Below are positions 17,988-32,593 of a stretch of DNA of 64,000 bases, one piece after another. The stretch covers positions 1,487 to 65,486 of the forward strand of contig CALFZO010000166.1 in assembly GCA_937952305.1 (NCBI GenBank). Reading direction: 5' to 3'. Position numbers and translations under genes: made by a program. This DNA is from an uncultured Anaerolineales bacterium (GTDB lineage: Bacteria > Chloroflexota > Anaerolineae > Anaerolineales > UBA6663). The notes under the pieces are model-generated. The model was not told where the DNA came from, did no database searches, and was given only the letters and a program-made list of their open reading frames with translations. Each line of letters starts with the position of its first letter. Positions within the stretch are counted from its first letter, which is position 1.

Positions 17988-18374
17988 GTGCGATATTCCT
18001 CCCCACCTGATCCAAAATCCTATGCCGAACAAGTGTATGCCTGGGTACGCCAGATACCGGCCGGCCGGGTAGCCACCTATGGTCAGATCGCGCTGCTGAT
18101 CCCGCCGCCGGCCGGCGTCACCGCCGACGATTATCGCCGGGCAGGCGCAATCTGGACCGGCGGCGCGATGGCGAATGCCCCGGACGACGTCCCCTGGCAG
18201 CGCGTCATCAACAGCCAGGGCAAGATCAGCACCCGCCCGGGCCTTGGGCCGGCCGTCCAGCGCAACCTTCTGGAACAGGAGGGCGTCGTCTTCGACGCCA
18301 AGGACCGGGTGGATCTCAAGCGGTACGGCTGGACCCCCGGCCAGGACAGCGCCGACCAGCCCAGCCTGCTCTAG
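17988..18374 (+). CDS. Alkyltransferase-like protein (MGMT family, Atl/YbaZ)
   Basis: VRQIPAGRVATYGQIA and VPWQRV (Trp replaces the catalytic Cys of PCHRV), EQEGV. GTG start after GGAGG. Confidence 0.9.
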   Translation: MRYSSPPDPKSYAEQVYAWVRQIPAGRVATYGQIALLIPPPAGVTADDYRRAGAIWTGGAMANAPDDVPWQRVINSQGKISTRPGLGPAVQRNLLEQEGVVFDAKDRVDLKRYGWTPGQDSADQPSLL

Positions 18375-18449
18375 GCCTCCGGCCGCCGGGCCGGTGTTTT
18401 CCGCGCCCAATCAGCCTCCAGCCAAAACCCGTGTTCAGGGACCGGAAGC

Positions 18450-19517
18450 ATGCCGTTGCACGAGTCGGTCGCCAACCTGCACTGCCACACGCCTTACTCG
18501 GATGGGGAGTGGTATCACGCCGAGATCGCCCAGGCGGCCCTGGCCGCCGGCCTGGACATGGTCTGCGTGACCGACCACAACGTATGGGTGAAGGGGCCGG
18601 AGCGTTACTACCACAAAGAGGACCGGCGCGTTTTGTTGCTGGTCGGCGAAGAGATCCACGACCCCACCCGGCGCCCCCAGGTCAACCACCTGCTCGCCTA
18701 CAACCACCAGAGCGAACTCGCCGACCGGGCCGCGGACCCGCAGCGCCTGATCGACGCCGTGCGGGCCGCGGGCGGCCTGGCCTTTCTGGCCCACCCCTTC
18801 GATAGCTCGGTCTTCGGCGCGGACCCCATCCGCTGGGTGGACTGGGACGTGGACGCGTACACCGGGTTGGAAATCTGGAACTACATGTCGGACTGGGCGC
18901 GGCTGCTCACGTCCCGGCCGAACGCCATCCGCTACGCGTTCAACCCCGAGCTCGGAGTGAGCGGACCGGCGCCCGAGACGCTGGCCAAATGGGACGCGCT
19001 CACGCTGGCCGGGCGGCGCGTGGTGGGCATCGGCAACGCCGACGCCCATGCCAACGTCTACAGCCTGTGGGGGCTGACGCGCTGCCTGTTTCCCTACGAG
19101 TTCCTGTTTCGCCAGGTCAACACCCACCTGCTCACGCCGGCGCCGCTGACGGGCGAGGCCGCCGCCGACCGCGATCTGCTGATGCAGGCGCTGGCGCAGG
19201 GCCACGCCTTCGTCGGCTACGACGGTCTGGCTGACACGCGCGGCTTCCGGTTCACGGCCAGCGGCGACCGCGGCGCGCTGCTGATGGGCGACGAGGCCGC
19301 CAACCGCGGCGGCCTGACGCTCCAGATCGCGGCCCCGCAACCCGCCCGGCTGCGCCTGCTGCGCGACGGGCGCGAAGTGCTGCAGCGCGAGGCCCAGACT
19401 CTGACGCACGTCCTGCCGCCCGGCGAGACCGGCGTGTTCCGGGCCGAGGCGCACCTGGCCTTCAAGGGGCGGCTGCGCGGCTGGATTTACAGCAACCCCA
19501 TCTACATCCGCGCCTGA
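18450..19517 (+). CDS. PHP-domain metallohydrolase (CehA/McbA-like)
   Basis: LHCHTPYSDG, VTDHN, GEEI, AHP, LEIWN and GNADAH metal-ligand motifs. Confidence 0.85.
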   Translation: MPLHESVANLHCHTPYSDGEWYHAEIAQAALAAGLDMVCVTDHNVWVKGPERYYHKEDRRVLLLVGEEIHDPTRRPQVNHLLAYNHQSELADRAADPQRLIDAVRAAGGLAFLAHPFDSSVFGADPIRWVDWDVDAYTGLEIWNYMSDWARLLTSRPNAIRYAFNPELGVSGPAPETLAKWDALTLAGRRVVGIGNADAHANVYSLWGLTRCLFPYEFLFRQVNTHLLTPAPLTGEAAADRDLLMQALAQGHAFVGYDGLADTRGFRFTASGDRGALLMGDEAANRGGLTLQIAAPQPARLRLLRDGREVLQREAQTLTHVLPPGETGVFRAEAHLAFKGRLRGWIYSNPIYIRA

Positions 19518-19574
19518 GCGCGGCCGATCAGCACAGCGTGGCCGGCCCGCCCGGCGCGCCGAGGAGACACGACT

Positions 19575-20366
19575 ATGGAGTTGGGACTGAAGAACCGGGT
19601 GGCGCTGGTGGCCGCCTCGTCTAAGGGGCTGGGGCGGGCCTGCGCCCACGAGCTGGCCAACGAGGGCGCGCGGGTGGCCATCTGCGCCCGGGACGGCGCC
19701 GTCCTGAACGCGGCTCGGGACGCCATCGCCGGGGACACCGGAGCGGAGGTGCTGGCCGTCGTCGCCGACCTGACCAAGCCGGATGATTGCGCGCGCGTGG
19801 TGGCTGAGACCGTGGCGCGCTTCGGCGGCCTGCACATCCTGGTGACCAACGCCGGCGGCCCGCCGGCTGGCTACTTCATGGAGTTCGACGACAGCGCCTG
19901 GCAGGCGGCGGTCAACCTGTCGCTGATGAGCACCGTGCGCCTGATCCGCGCCGCCCTGCCCCACCTCAAAGCCGCGCGCTGGGGCCGCCTCATCAACATC
20001 ACCAGCCTGAGCGTCAAAGAACCGCTGGACAACCTGATCCTGTCTAACTCGGTGCGCGCCGCCGTGCACGGGCTGGCCAAGACCCTGGCCAACCAGCTGG
20101 CGCCGGACGGCATCACGGTCAACAACGTCATGCCCGGCTACACCCAGACCGACCGCATCAACCAGCTGGCGGCCGCCAACGCGGCCAAGAGCGGCCAGAC
20201 GGCCGAGGCGGTGTTGGCGGAGATGGGCAAGCCCATCCCCATGGGGCGCGTCGGCCAGCCGGAGGAGTTCGCGGCGCTGGTGGCCTTCCTGGCCTCCGAG
20301 CGCGCCAGCTACATCACGGGCGTCAGCGTGCCCGTGGACGGCGGCCGCATCCGGGCTTCGTTCTGA
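19575..20366 (+). CDS. SDR-family oxidoreductase (atypical subgroup)
   Basis: VALVAASSKGLG, NAGGP, NNVMPG. SNSVR in place of the canonical YxxxK. Confidence 0.9.
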   Translation: MELGLKNRVALVAASSKGLGRACAHELANEGARVAICARDGAVLNAARDAIAGDTGAEVLAVVADLTKPDDCARVVAETVARFGGLHILVTNAGGPPAGYFMEFDDSAWQAAVNLSLMSTVRLIRAALPHLKAARWGRLINITSLSVKEPLDNLILSNSVRAAVHGLAKTLANQLAPDGITVNNVMPGYTQTDRINQLAAANAAKSGQTAEAVLAEMGKPIPMGRVGQPEEFAALVAFLASERASYITGVSVPVDGGRIRASF

Positions 20367-20377
20367 GCGGCGCCGCG

Positions 20378-20527
20378 CTAACGCGGCGGATCATCGCCGG
20401 CGCGGTCCAGGCAGATCAGCCGGAACATGATCACCAGGAACACGGCCGTCCCGGCCAGGGCGACGGCCACTTCCCAGGGTCCCGGGGCGGCGCCATGCAG
20501 AAGCGGGCGGAGATAGACGGGGCTCAT
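20378..20527 (-). CDS. Putative 49-aa single-pass membrane protein
   Basis: Manual translation MSPVYLRPLLHGAAPGPWEVAVALAGTAVFLVIMFRLICLDRAGDDPPR, with GC3-biased codons and one TM helix. Below the ORF-track cutoff. Confidence 0.5.
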   Translation of the reverse strand: MSPVYLRPLLHGAAPGPWEVAVALAGTAVFLVIMFRLICLDRAGDDPPR

Positions 20528-20565
20528 GGGCCGGGGTGCGGCGCTCTCAGAGTGTCTGTCCGCTG

Positions 20566-20608
20566 AAAAACGGGCCGAAGTCGGCCAATGCCATTGACTT
20601 CGACCCGT
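20566..20608 (-). terminator. Intrinsic terminator downstream of gyrB
   Basis: ACGGGCCGAAGTC...GACTTCGACCCGT stem followed by a T-run on the minus strand. Confidence 0.75.
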
Positions 20609-20637
20609 CCAGGGCCACTATCTTTGAGTTCTGACAC

Positions 20638-23633
<2,996 letters not shown>

Positions 23634-23740
23634 AGCCTGTGATTCTACCACACCTGGCCGTCGGTCACCGGCGCGAATCACCGCATTTTTCCGGGTTTTT
23701 TTGCGGTTTCTGGGTCCGCCGCGCGTAGGCTGATCGTTGG

Positions 23741-23769
23741 TTGACCCGCCCCGCCGCCCTGGCTAAAAT
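23741..23769 (+). promoter_or_regulatory. sigma70 promoter of murA
   Basis: TTGACC, 17 bp, TAAAAT. Confidence 0.75.
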
Positions 23770-23815
23770 TCCCGCGCCGGCAGGGGGCACCTCAAAGCGA
23801 AAGAACACAAACCGC

Positions 23816-26439
<2,624 letters not shown>

Positions 26440-26467
26440 CCGCCGGGTTCAAACCGCCCGCCGCCAC

Positions 26468-26514
26468 GCAAGACGGAAGACGACGGACCGCCCCGCCCGC
26501 GTCTTCCGTCTTGC
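26468..26514 (+). terminator. Strong stem-loop after eno
   Basis: 15-bp perfect inverted repeat GCAAGACGGAAGACG...CGTCTTCCGTCTTGC with only a weak T-tail. Confidence 0.6.
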
Positions 26515-26546
26515 TCTATTGAGCCGACCAGCCTGGAGGTCCCGCT

Positions 26547-27347
26547 ATGCAGTCCGCCAACCCGTCGCCGTTCGCGGCCGTCGTCGGCCTGGGTCCGCTG
26601 CAGTCCCAGCACCCGCTCAAGAACTCCAACCGCCTGAGCAGCCTGGGCTGCGGCGGCGCGAGCCTGGTGGCTGGGCCCGTGCTCTTCGGCATCGCCCTGT
26701 TCATCGTGTGGGACACGCTGGATAAGTTCGGGCCGGCCCGGCTGGACAACGAACTACCCACCATCCTGGTGTTCGCGGGCTTCGGCCTGCTGGCGCTGTT
26801 CCTGGCGGCCTACTCGTTGTACTCGGCCTGGAAGAACTGGGGCTCGGCGGCCGCCCTGTACGAGGCCGGCTTCGCCTATGTGGACCGGCAGGGCCTGCAG
26901 CAGGTGCGCTGGGATCAAGTGGAGGCGGTCTGGCAGGCGATCACCAAGCACTATCGCAACGGCATCTACACCGGCACCACCCACGTCTACACGGTCCAGA
27001 CCAAGGACAAGCGCCGGCTGACGCTGGACGACAAGTTCGACAAGATCGAGGATTTGGGCAACGCCGTGCAGCGCGGCGCCACCCAGGCGCTGTTCCCGCA
27101 CTACGCCCAGGCGGTGCAGAACGGCCAGCGCGTCAGCTTTGGCCCGCTGGCCCTGGACGCGCGCGGCCTGTACTCCGGGGATAAGTCGCTGGCCTGGAAC
27201 GAGATCAAGGCCGTCAAGCTGGACCGCGGCAGCCTGTCTATCAAGAAAGAGGGCGGCTGGTTCAACTGGTCCACCGTCACCGTGCCGCAGATCCCAAACT
27301 TTTTTATCTTCTACGATCTGCTCAGCCGCTTCACCAAGATCGAATAG
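26547..27347 (+). CDS. Membrane protein of unknown function (DUF6585-like, PH-like C-terminal domains)
   Basis: Two TM helices, then GP(L)ALD..GL...K.L.WNEI..V.L..G.L.I pattern and IPN. GGAGG upstream. Confidence 0.7.
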   Translation: MQSANPSPFAAVVGLGPLQSQHPLKNSNRLSSLGCGGASLVAGPVLFGIALFIVWDTLDKFGPARLDNELPTILVFAGFGLLALFLAAYSLYSAWKNWGSAAALYEAGFAYVDRQGLQQVRWDQVEAVWQAITKHYRNGIYTGTTHVYTVQTKDKRRLTLDDKFDKIEDLGNAVQRGATQALFPHYAQAVQNGQRVSFGPLALDARGLYSGDKSLAWNEIKAVKLDRGSLSIKKEGGWFNWSTVTVPQIPNFFIFYDLLSRFTKIE

Positions 27348-27351
27348 CCGC

Positions 27352-30300
27352 TCACGCCTCGGCCACGCGCTTGAGCGCGACCATCGTCATGTCGTCGAAG
27401 GCCTCGCCGGCGCCGACGTGCGCCTGGACCGCGGCCTCCGTCACCGCCATGATGATCTGCGCCGGCTGGTGGCGCGTCTGGTCCATGATCTCCTTGACGC
27501 GCCCCAGGCCGAACTCCTGCCGCTCGGCGTCGATGGCGTCCGTCAGGCCGTCGGTGTAGAGCAAGACCGCGTCGCCGGGCGCCAGAACCAGTTCGTGCTC
27601 GGCGTACAGGTACTCGGCGAAGACCCCCAGCGCCGCGCCGCGCGCCGGCAGCGTGAAGGGGTCACCTTCGGCACAGACCATCACCGGCGGATTGTGGCCG
27701 GCATTGGCGAAGATCAGGCGGCCGGTGGCCGGCTCCCAGACGGCATAGAACACGGTGACGAACTGTTGTGAACGCGCGTCCGCCAGGATCAGCTCGTTGA
27801 CGCGCGTCAGCGTGGCCGCCGGCGAGGTCCGGCTCATGGCCGCCGAGCGCAGCAGCGTGCGCGAGAGGGCCATGAACAGCGCCGCCGGCACGCCTTTGTC
27901 GGAGACGTCGGCGATGGCGATGCCCCAGCGTTCCACCCCGTCCGGCGAGCGCAGCCGGATGAAGTCGTAGAAGTCTCCGCCCACCAGCCGGGCCGACCGG
28001 TAGAAGGCCGCCAGCTCCCAGCCCGGCACCTGCGGGCAGGCCTCCGGCAGGAAGCTGGCCTGGATGTCGCGGCCGAGCGCCATCTCCTGCTCCAGGCGCT
28101 GCTGCAGAACCACCTCGGCGGCCAGGGCCGCGCTCTCCATGGCCATCGCCAGCTGATGGGCGATGCCGTTCAGCAGGTTGAGGCGCCGCCCCAGACCGGG
28201 CACATGTCCCACCACCAACGCGCCGCGCAGGTCCTGGCGCGCCCACAGCGGCCAGACCATGGCCAGCTCGCCGTCGAACACCGCCGCCAGGCCGTTCGGC
28301 AGCCGCGTCAGGGTGGCGCTGCTGGTGGCGGTAAACGGGTCGATCTCCAGGTCAGACGCCGCCGCTGTCAAGACCGCGCCGTTGGCGGCCAGGCCCACGC
28401 TGTGGCGCAGCGTGAAATAGCCGGCGGTGTGGTCCCAGGCGAAGATGCCGGCGTGCTCCACACCCACCAGCATCGGCATCAGCCGCACCACCATCTCCAG
28501 CGCCTCGCTCAGGGTCGGCTGCCCAGCCACAGACTCGGCCACCTGGAGCAGGGCGGCGTTGACCCAGGCCTCCTCCTGCTGAGCTTCATCCAGCAGCGCG
28601 CTCTCCAGCGCCAGCGAGGCCTGGTTGGCGATGCCGCCGATCAGGCGGATGCGATGCGTGGTGAACGGCGTTTCGCCCGGCGCCTGACCTACCACCAGCG
28701 CGCCCTGCACCTGGCCGCGCACCCACAGCGGCAGCAGGATCACCACCCCCTGCAGCAGATCATGCAAGGCGTCTGGGGCCGCGTCGTCCGGCTCCACCAC
28801 CACCGGCTCCTCGGTCAGCACCATCTCGCCCAGCTTCGGCCAGTCCGCGGCCGCCAGCCCGTCCGGCAGCGCCGGCGCCGGCTGATCACCGGCATGGTGA
28901 TGGGCGCGCCAGGCGAACCGGTTCTCCTCGGCCAGCAGCACCGCGCACCAGTCGACGCCCACCAGCATCGGCGTGACGCGCACCACCGTGGCCAGGGCCT
29001 CTTCCAGGCCGGGGGCTTCGGCCATCGCTTCGGCCACCTGCAGCAGGGCCGTGCTCACCCAGGCCTGCTCGCGCTGGGCCGTGTACAGGCGCGCATTCTC
29101 TATCGCCACCGAGGCCTGCGCGGCGAAGGCCGTGATCAGCTCAGCCTCCTCCGTCGGGAAATGCTCGGCCCCGGCTCGGTCCACCACCAGGTAACCGAGG
29201 TGCTCGTCCTGCACGACCAGGCTGGCGGCCAGGCAGGCATGCGGGTCTGGCAGCCGGAACAGGTCATGGTAGACGCCCTGCCGATCCAGCTGTTGAAAGT
29301 CGACGGCGGCGGGGGCCGGATCGCCGCGCGCGAAGAGCGGGATCTCCAGCGGCTGGCCGATCTGGGCGTCCACGGGCAGGTCGCGCGGGGCGCGCACCGC
29401 CCGCAGGCACAGCTCGTTCACGTCGTTGACCAGCAGGATCGAAGCGACGTCGTAGCCGACCACCCGCGCCAGCCCGCTCAGGATCAGGTCCAGCACGCCA
29501 TCCAGGCTGAGCGTGGACGTGAGCGCCCCGGATACCTCGCGCAGGGTCTCGGCCAGGCGCCGGCGGCGGCGCTCGGCCTCGAACAGCCGCGCGTTGCGGA
29601 TAGCGACCGCCAGCGTGTCGGCCAGCGTCTGCAGGGTCTGCACATCCTCATCACTGAAGGCGCCCACCTGCTCCGACTGCACGTCGAAGACGCCCAGCAG
29701 ATGCCCGGCCATCACCAGCGGCACGGCCATCTCGGCGCGGCTGTCGCCCAGGCCCGGCCCGGGCACGTAGTCCGGGCGGGTGTGGACGTCCGGGACCACC
29801 ACCGCTTTCTGGTTGCGCCCCACGGCCGCAATCAGGCCGGGGCCGTTCAGGTCGTAGCTGAGCGGCTGATGGCCCCAGCGCGCCTCCCAGGCTTCGCTGC
29901 CGGCGCGGAAGACCAACCGGCCCTCGCTGACCAGGAAGATGCGCGCCCGCGTGTAGCCGAAGCGCTCCTCCACCAGGTCCAGGACATCGCCGAGGACATC
30001 GTCCAGTTCGAGCGTGGAGACCACGGACCGGGACGTCCGCGCGATAGCGGCCAACTGCTCGGCCCGGCGCTGCTCGGCGGTGTAGACCTGGGCCTCCAGC
30101 GTCGCGAACGCGATCTGCGCGGCCAGCGAGTCGAAGAGCGAGCGCATGGCCTCGTCCACCGCCGCGCGCTGGCTTTGCACGCTCAGCACGCCCAGGACGC
30201 GGTCCTCGATTTGCAGCGGCACGGCCAACTCGCTCAACGTCGTGTCCGTCGCCGGCGGGCTGCCCTCGTCCGGCAGGTTCTGCTGGACGACGGTCCGGCG

Positions 30301-31200
30301 CGTCTGAGCGGCCTGGCCCACCAGTCCGGCGTTGAGCGGCACCAGCAGCGTCTGGCCCTTCCAATCGGTGCGCGTGGTGGCCACCAGACGCAGGGTGTCA
30401 CCTTCCAGGATGAACAGGCTCACCAGGTATTCGCCAAACTGCTCGCCGACCAGGTCGACGGCCTGGCGGTAGAAGGCCGGCAGGGGCTGGAGGACGTTGA
30501 TGCGCCGGGCGATGGCGGCCAGCAGCTGCAGCTGGGCGGCGCGCCGCTCGGTCTGCTCGAACAGGCGCGCCGTCTCGAAGGCCGCCGCCGCGTTGTTGGC
30601 GATGATCGACAGCAGGCGCAGGTCTGGCTCGCTGAAGGCCTCCGGGCGGCGGCTCTGGATGGCCATGGCGCCCAGCACCCGGTCGCCGGCCAGCAGCGGC
30701 ACAAACACGGCCGAACGCGGCGGGTCGTTCGAGATGTAGCGCGGCCGGGCCGGCAGCTGGTCCATCTCGGCTTCAAAATCGCGCACGCGCAGCGGCTGGC
30801 GGCTGTCGCGCAGCCAGCCGACGATGCCCAGCGACTCGGGCGTCAGGTGCACGGTCAGCGGCGGACTCGGCTGCCCGTCCACGACCCAGATCAGCATCCG
30901 GTACAGGTCGCCTTCAAACAAGCCGAGCTGGAAGAAAGTGGTGTCCACAATCTGGCCGGCCTGGCGGTAGACGAGTTCAGCCAGCCGCGCCGAGTCCAGG
31001 CGGGCGTTGAGGATCGCCCGGCCCAGGTCGGCCAGCTGCGACAGCTCCGCCAGGCGCTGTTCCAGGGCGCGCCGGGACAGCCAGCGGCGGTAAAGCACAT
31101 ACCCCGCCACGGCCAGGACCAGCGCCAGCAGGAGCGCCGGAAAGAGAAGCGCAGGCCCGACCGGGTCAACCGTGGTCGGGCCTGGGGCTTGCATCAGCAT
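27352..31200 (-). CDS. TM + about six GAF domains + SpoIIE/RsbU-type PP2C phosphatase
   Basis: Repeated VPL...lGVl.V....F...D..LL..lA.Q.a.A.eNA.L units; VGGDFYD, IADVSDKG, YTDGLTD and DDMT motifs. Confidence 0.92.
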   Translation of the reverse strand: MLMQAPGPTTVDPVGPALLFPALLLALVLAVAGYVLYRRWLSRRALEQRLAELSQLADLGRAILNARLDSARLAELVYRQAGQIVDTTFFQLGLFEGDLYRMLIWVVDGQPSPPLTVHLTPESLGIVGWLRDSRQPLRVRDFEAEMDQLPARPRYISNDPPRSAVFVPLLAGDRVLGAMAIQSRRPEAFSEPDLRLLSIIANNAAAAFETARLFEQTERRAAQLQLLAAIARRINVLQPLPAFYRQAVDLVGEQFGEYLVSLFILEGDTLRLVATTRTDWKGQTLLVPLNAGLVGQAAQTRRTVVQQNLPDEGSPPATDTTLSELAVPLQIEDRVLGVLSVQSQRAAVDEAMRSLFDSLAAQIAFATLEAQVYTAEQRRAEQLAAIARTSRSVVSTLELDDVLGDVLDLVEERFGYTRARIFLVSEGRLVFRAGSEAWEARWGHQPLSYDLNGPGLIAAVGRNQKAVVVPDVHTRPDYVPGPGLGDSRAEMAVPLVMAGHLLGVFDVQSEQVGAFSDEDVQTLQTLADTLAVAIRNARLFEAERRRRRLAETLREVSGALTSTLSLDGVLDLILSGLARVVGYDVASILLVNDVNELCLRAVRAPRDLPVDAQIGQPLEIPLFARGDPAPAAVDFQQLDRQGVYHDLFRLPDPHACLAASLVVQDEHLGYLVVDRAGAEHFPTEEAELITAFAAQASVAIENARLYTAQREQAWVSTALLQVAEAMAEAPGLEEALATVVRVTPMLVGVDWCAVLLAEENRFAWRAHHHAGDQPAPALPDGLAAADWPKLGEMVLTEEPVVVEPDDAAPDALHDLLQGVVILLPLWVRGQVQGALVVGQAPGETPFTTHRIRLIGGIANQASLALESALLDEAQQEEAWVNAALLQVAESVAGQPTLSEALEMVVRLMPMLVGVEHAGIFAWDHTAGYFTLRHSVGLAANGAVLTAAASDLEIDPFTATSSATLTRLPNGLAAVFDGELAMVWPLWARQDLRGALVVGHVPGLGRRLNLLNGIAHQLAMAMESAALAAEVVLQQRLEQEMALGRDIQASFLPEACPQVPGWELAAFYRSARLVGGDFYDFIRLRSPDGVERWGIAIADVSDKGVPAALFMALSRTLLRSAAMSRTSPAATLTRVNELILADARSQQFVTVFYAVWEPATGRLIFANAGHNPPVMVCAEGDPFTLPARGAALGVFAEYLYAEHELVLAPGDAVLLYTDGLTDAIDAERQEFGLGRVKEIMDQTRHQPAQIIMAVTEAAVQAHVGAGEAFDDMTMVALKRVAEA

Positions 31201-31230
31201 GGCCTCGTGTGAGCCAAGGGCCGCCCGGGA

Positions 31231-32442
31231 TCAACCACGGACCACCCGCACGAATTTGCGTTTACCCACCTGCACGACCGCCTCGCCTTCAAACTCCAGC
31301 CGGGCACTGATGTCGGTGACGGGCTGGCCAGCCACCTTCACCCCGCCCTGCTCCATGAGCCGGCGGGCCTCGCTCTTGGAGGCCGCCAGCTTGTGCTGGG
31401 CCAGGAACTCGGTCAGCGCCGGCGCGTCGGTGACGGTGATGGTTTCCATGTCCTCGGGCACGGCGCCCTTTTGGAAGACAGCCTGGAAGTGGGCCTCGGC
31501 CGCCGCCACCGTCCCCTCGCCGTGATAAATGGCCACGATCTCGCGCGCCAGCGCCATCTTCACGTCGCGCGGGTGCCGGCTGCCGTCCGCCAGACCGCGC
31601 TCGAAGGTCTCGATCTCGGCCGGCGTGAAGCGCGTGACCAGCCGGAAGAACGTGGGCATGGCGAAGTCCGGCAGCGACATCACTTTGCCGTACATGTCCT
31701 CGGGCGTGGTGTTGATCGGGATGACGTTGCCCGTGGACTTAGACATGCGCTTGACGCCGTCGGTGCCGGGCAGGATGCCGTGGATGATGCCCACCAGCGG
31801 CCGCTGGCCGAGGGCCTCCTGCAGCTTGCGCCCGGCGACGATGATGTTAAAGAGCTGGTCAGACCCGCCCACCTGCACGTCGGTCTGCATCGCCACCGCG
31901 TCGTAGCCCTGCATCAGCGCATAAAAGGTCTCGTGCAGGTAGATCGGCTCGCCGGCCTCCAGGCGCTTGGCGAAGTTCTCGCGCACCAGGAACTGCTGCA
32001 CGGTGAAGTTCTGGCCCAGCCGGATCAGCTCCAGCAGCGAGAGCTCGGCCAGCCACTCGCCGTTGTAGCGCACGCGCGTCCGCTGGGGGTCCAGGATGCG
32101 GAAGGCCTGGTCGGCGTACGTCCGGGCATTGTCGGCCACCTGGTCCTGGGTCAGCACCGGCCGGGCCTTGTTCTTGTCCGACGGGTCGCCCACCAGGGCC
32201 GTGTAAGTGCCGATCAGGAACGTCACGTCGTGGCCCAGGTCCTGGAACTGGCGCAGCTTGCGCATCGAGATGGTGTGGCCCAGGTGCAAGTCCTTGGAGG
32301 TGGGGTCATAGCCGCAGTAGACGCGCAGGGGCCGGCCTTCGGCCAGGCGTTCGCGCAGCTCGCGGGCCATATTCTGTTTGAGGGTCTCGTCGCCGTACTC
32401 GGTGCCCTGCATGAGCAGGGCGACTTGTTCGTCCAGGGTCAT
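31231..32442 (-). CDS. tyrS: Tyrosine--tRNA ligase
   Basis: GYDPTSKDLHLGH (HIGH), GGSDQLFN, RMSKS (KMSKS) and C-terminal S4 domain (QVGKRKF). Confidence 0.97.
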   Translation of the reverse strand: MTLDEQVALLMQGTEYGDETLKQNMARELRERLAEGRPLRVYCGYDPTSKDLHLGHTISMRKLRQFQDLGHDVTFLIGTYTALVGDPSDKNKARPVLTQDQVADNARTYADQAFRILDPQRTRVRYNGEWLAELSLLELIRLGQNFTVQQFLVRENFAKRLEAGEPIYLHETFYALMQGYDAVAMQTDVQVGGSDQLFNIIVAGRKLQEALGQRPLVGIIHGILPGTDGVKRMSKSTGNVIPINTTPEDMYGKVMSLPDFAMPTFFRLVTRFTPAEIETFERGLADGSRHPRDVKMALAREIVAIYHGEGTVAAAEAHFQAVFQKGAVPEDMETITVTDAPALTEFLAQHKLAASKSEARRLMEQGGVKVAGQPVTDISARLEFEGEAVVQVGKRKFVRVVRG

Positions 32443-32593
32443 AGGTTTGCTCGTCGTATGAGGATGCTGGCATTTTACCTCAGCGCGCCGACCAGCGCCG
32501 TTGTAGTACCTCCGCCCTACTGCCGGGTCCCGGCCCCGTTCCTATACTGGATGGATAGACCAGGTGCCCACTGCCAACTGCCGCTTAACCGTG

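Noticed and set aside
19575-20366. SDR lacking YxxxK as a possible pseudogene
   Set aside because: Full-length intact ORF. The SNxxR variant is typical of a known atypical SDR subgroup.
26440-26465. GGGTTCAAACC resembling a tRNA T-loop after eno
   Set aside because: Flanks do not form a T-stem and there is no acceptor, D or anticodon arm, so it is not a tRNA or att-site remnant.
28156-31212. 1018-aa plus-strand ORF, and similar long antisense ORFs (20668-22680, 36642-38828, 15049-17160, 3222-4802, 34592-36610)
   Set aside because: Shadow ORFs on the strand opposite well-supported genes, expected at this GC content. They have no recognisable motifs and atypical composition.
32443-32593. Possible T-box leaders upstream of tyrS (and of alaS at 36563-36689)
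   Set aside because: The -10-like elements lie only about 30 nt from the starts, too short for a T-box, and no TGGNACC-type T-box motif is visible.
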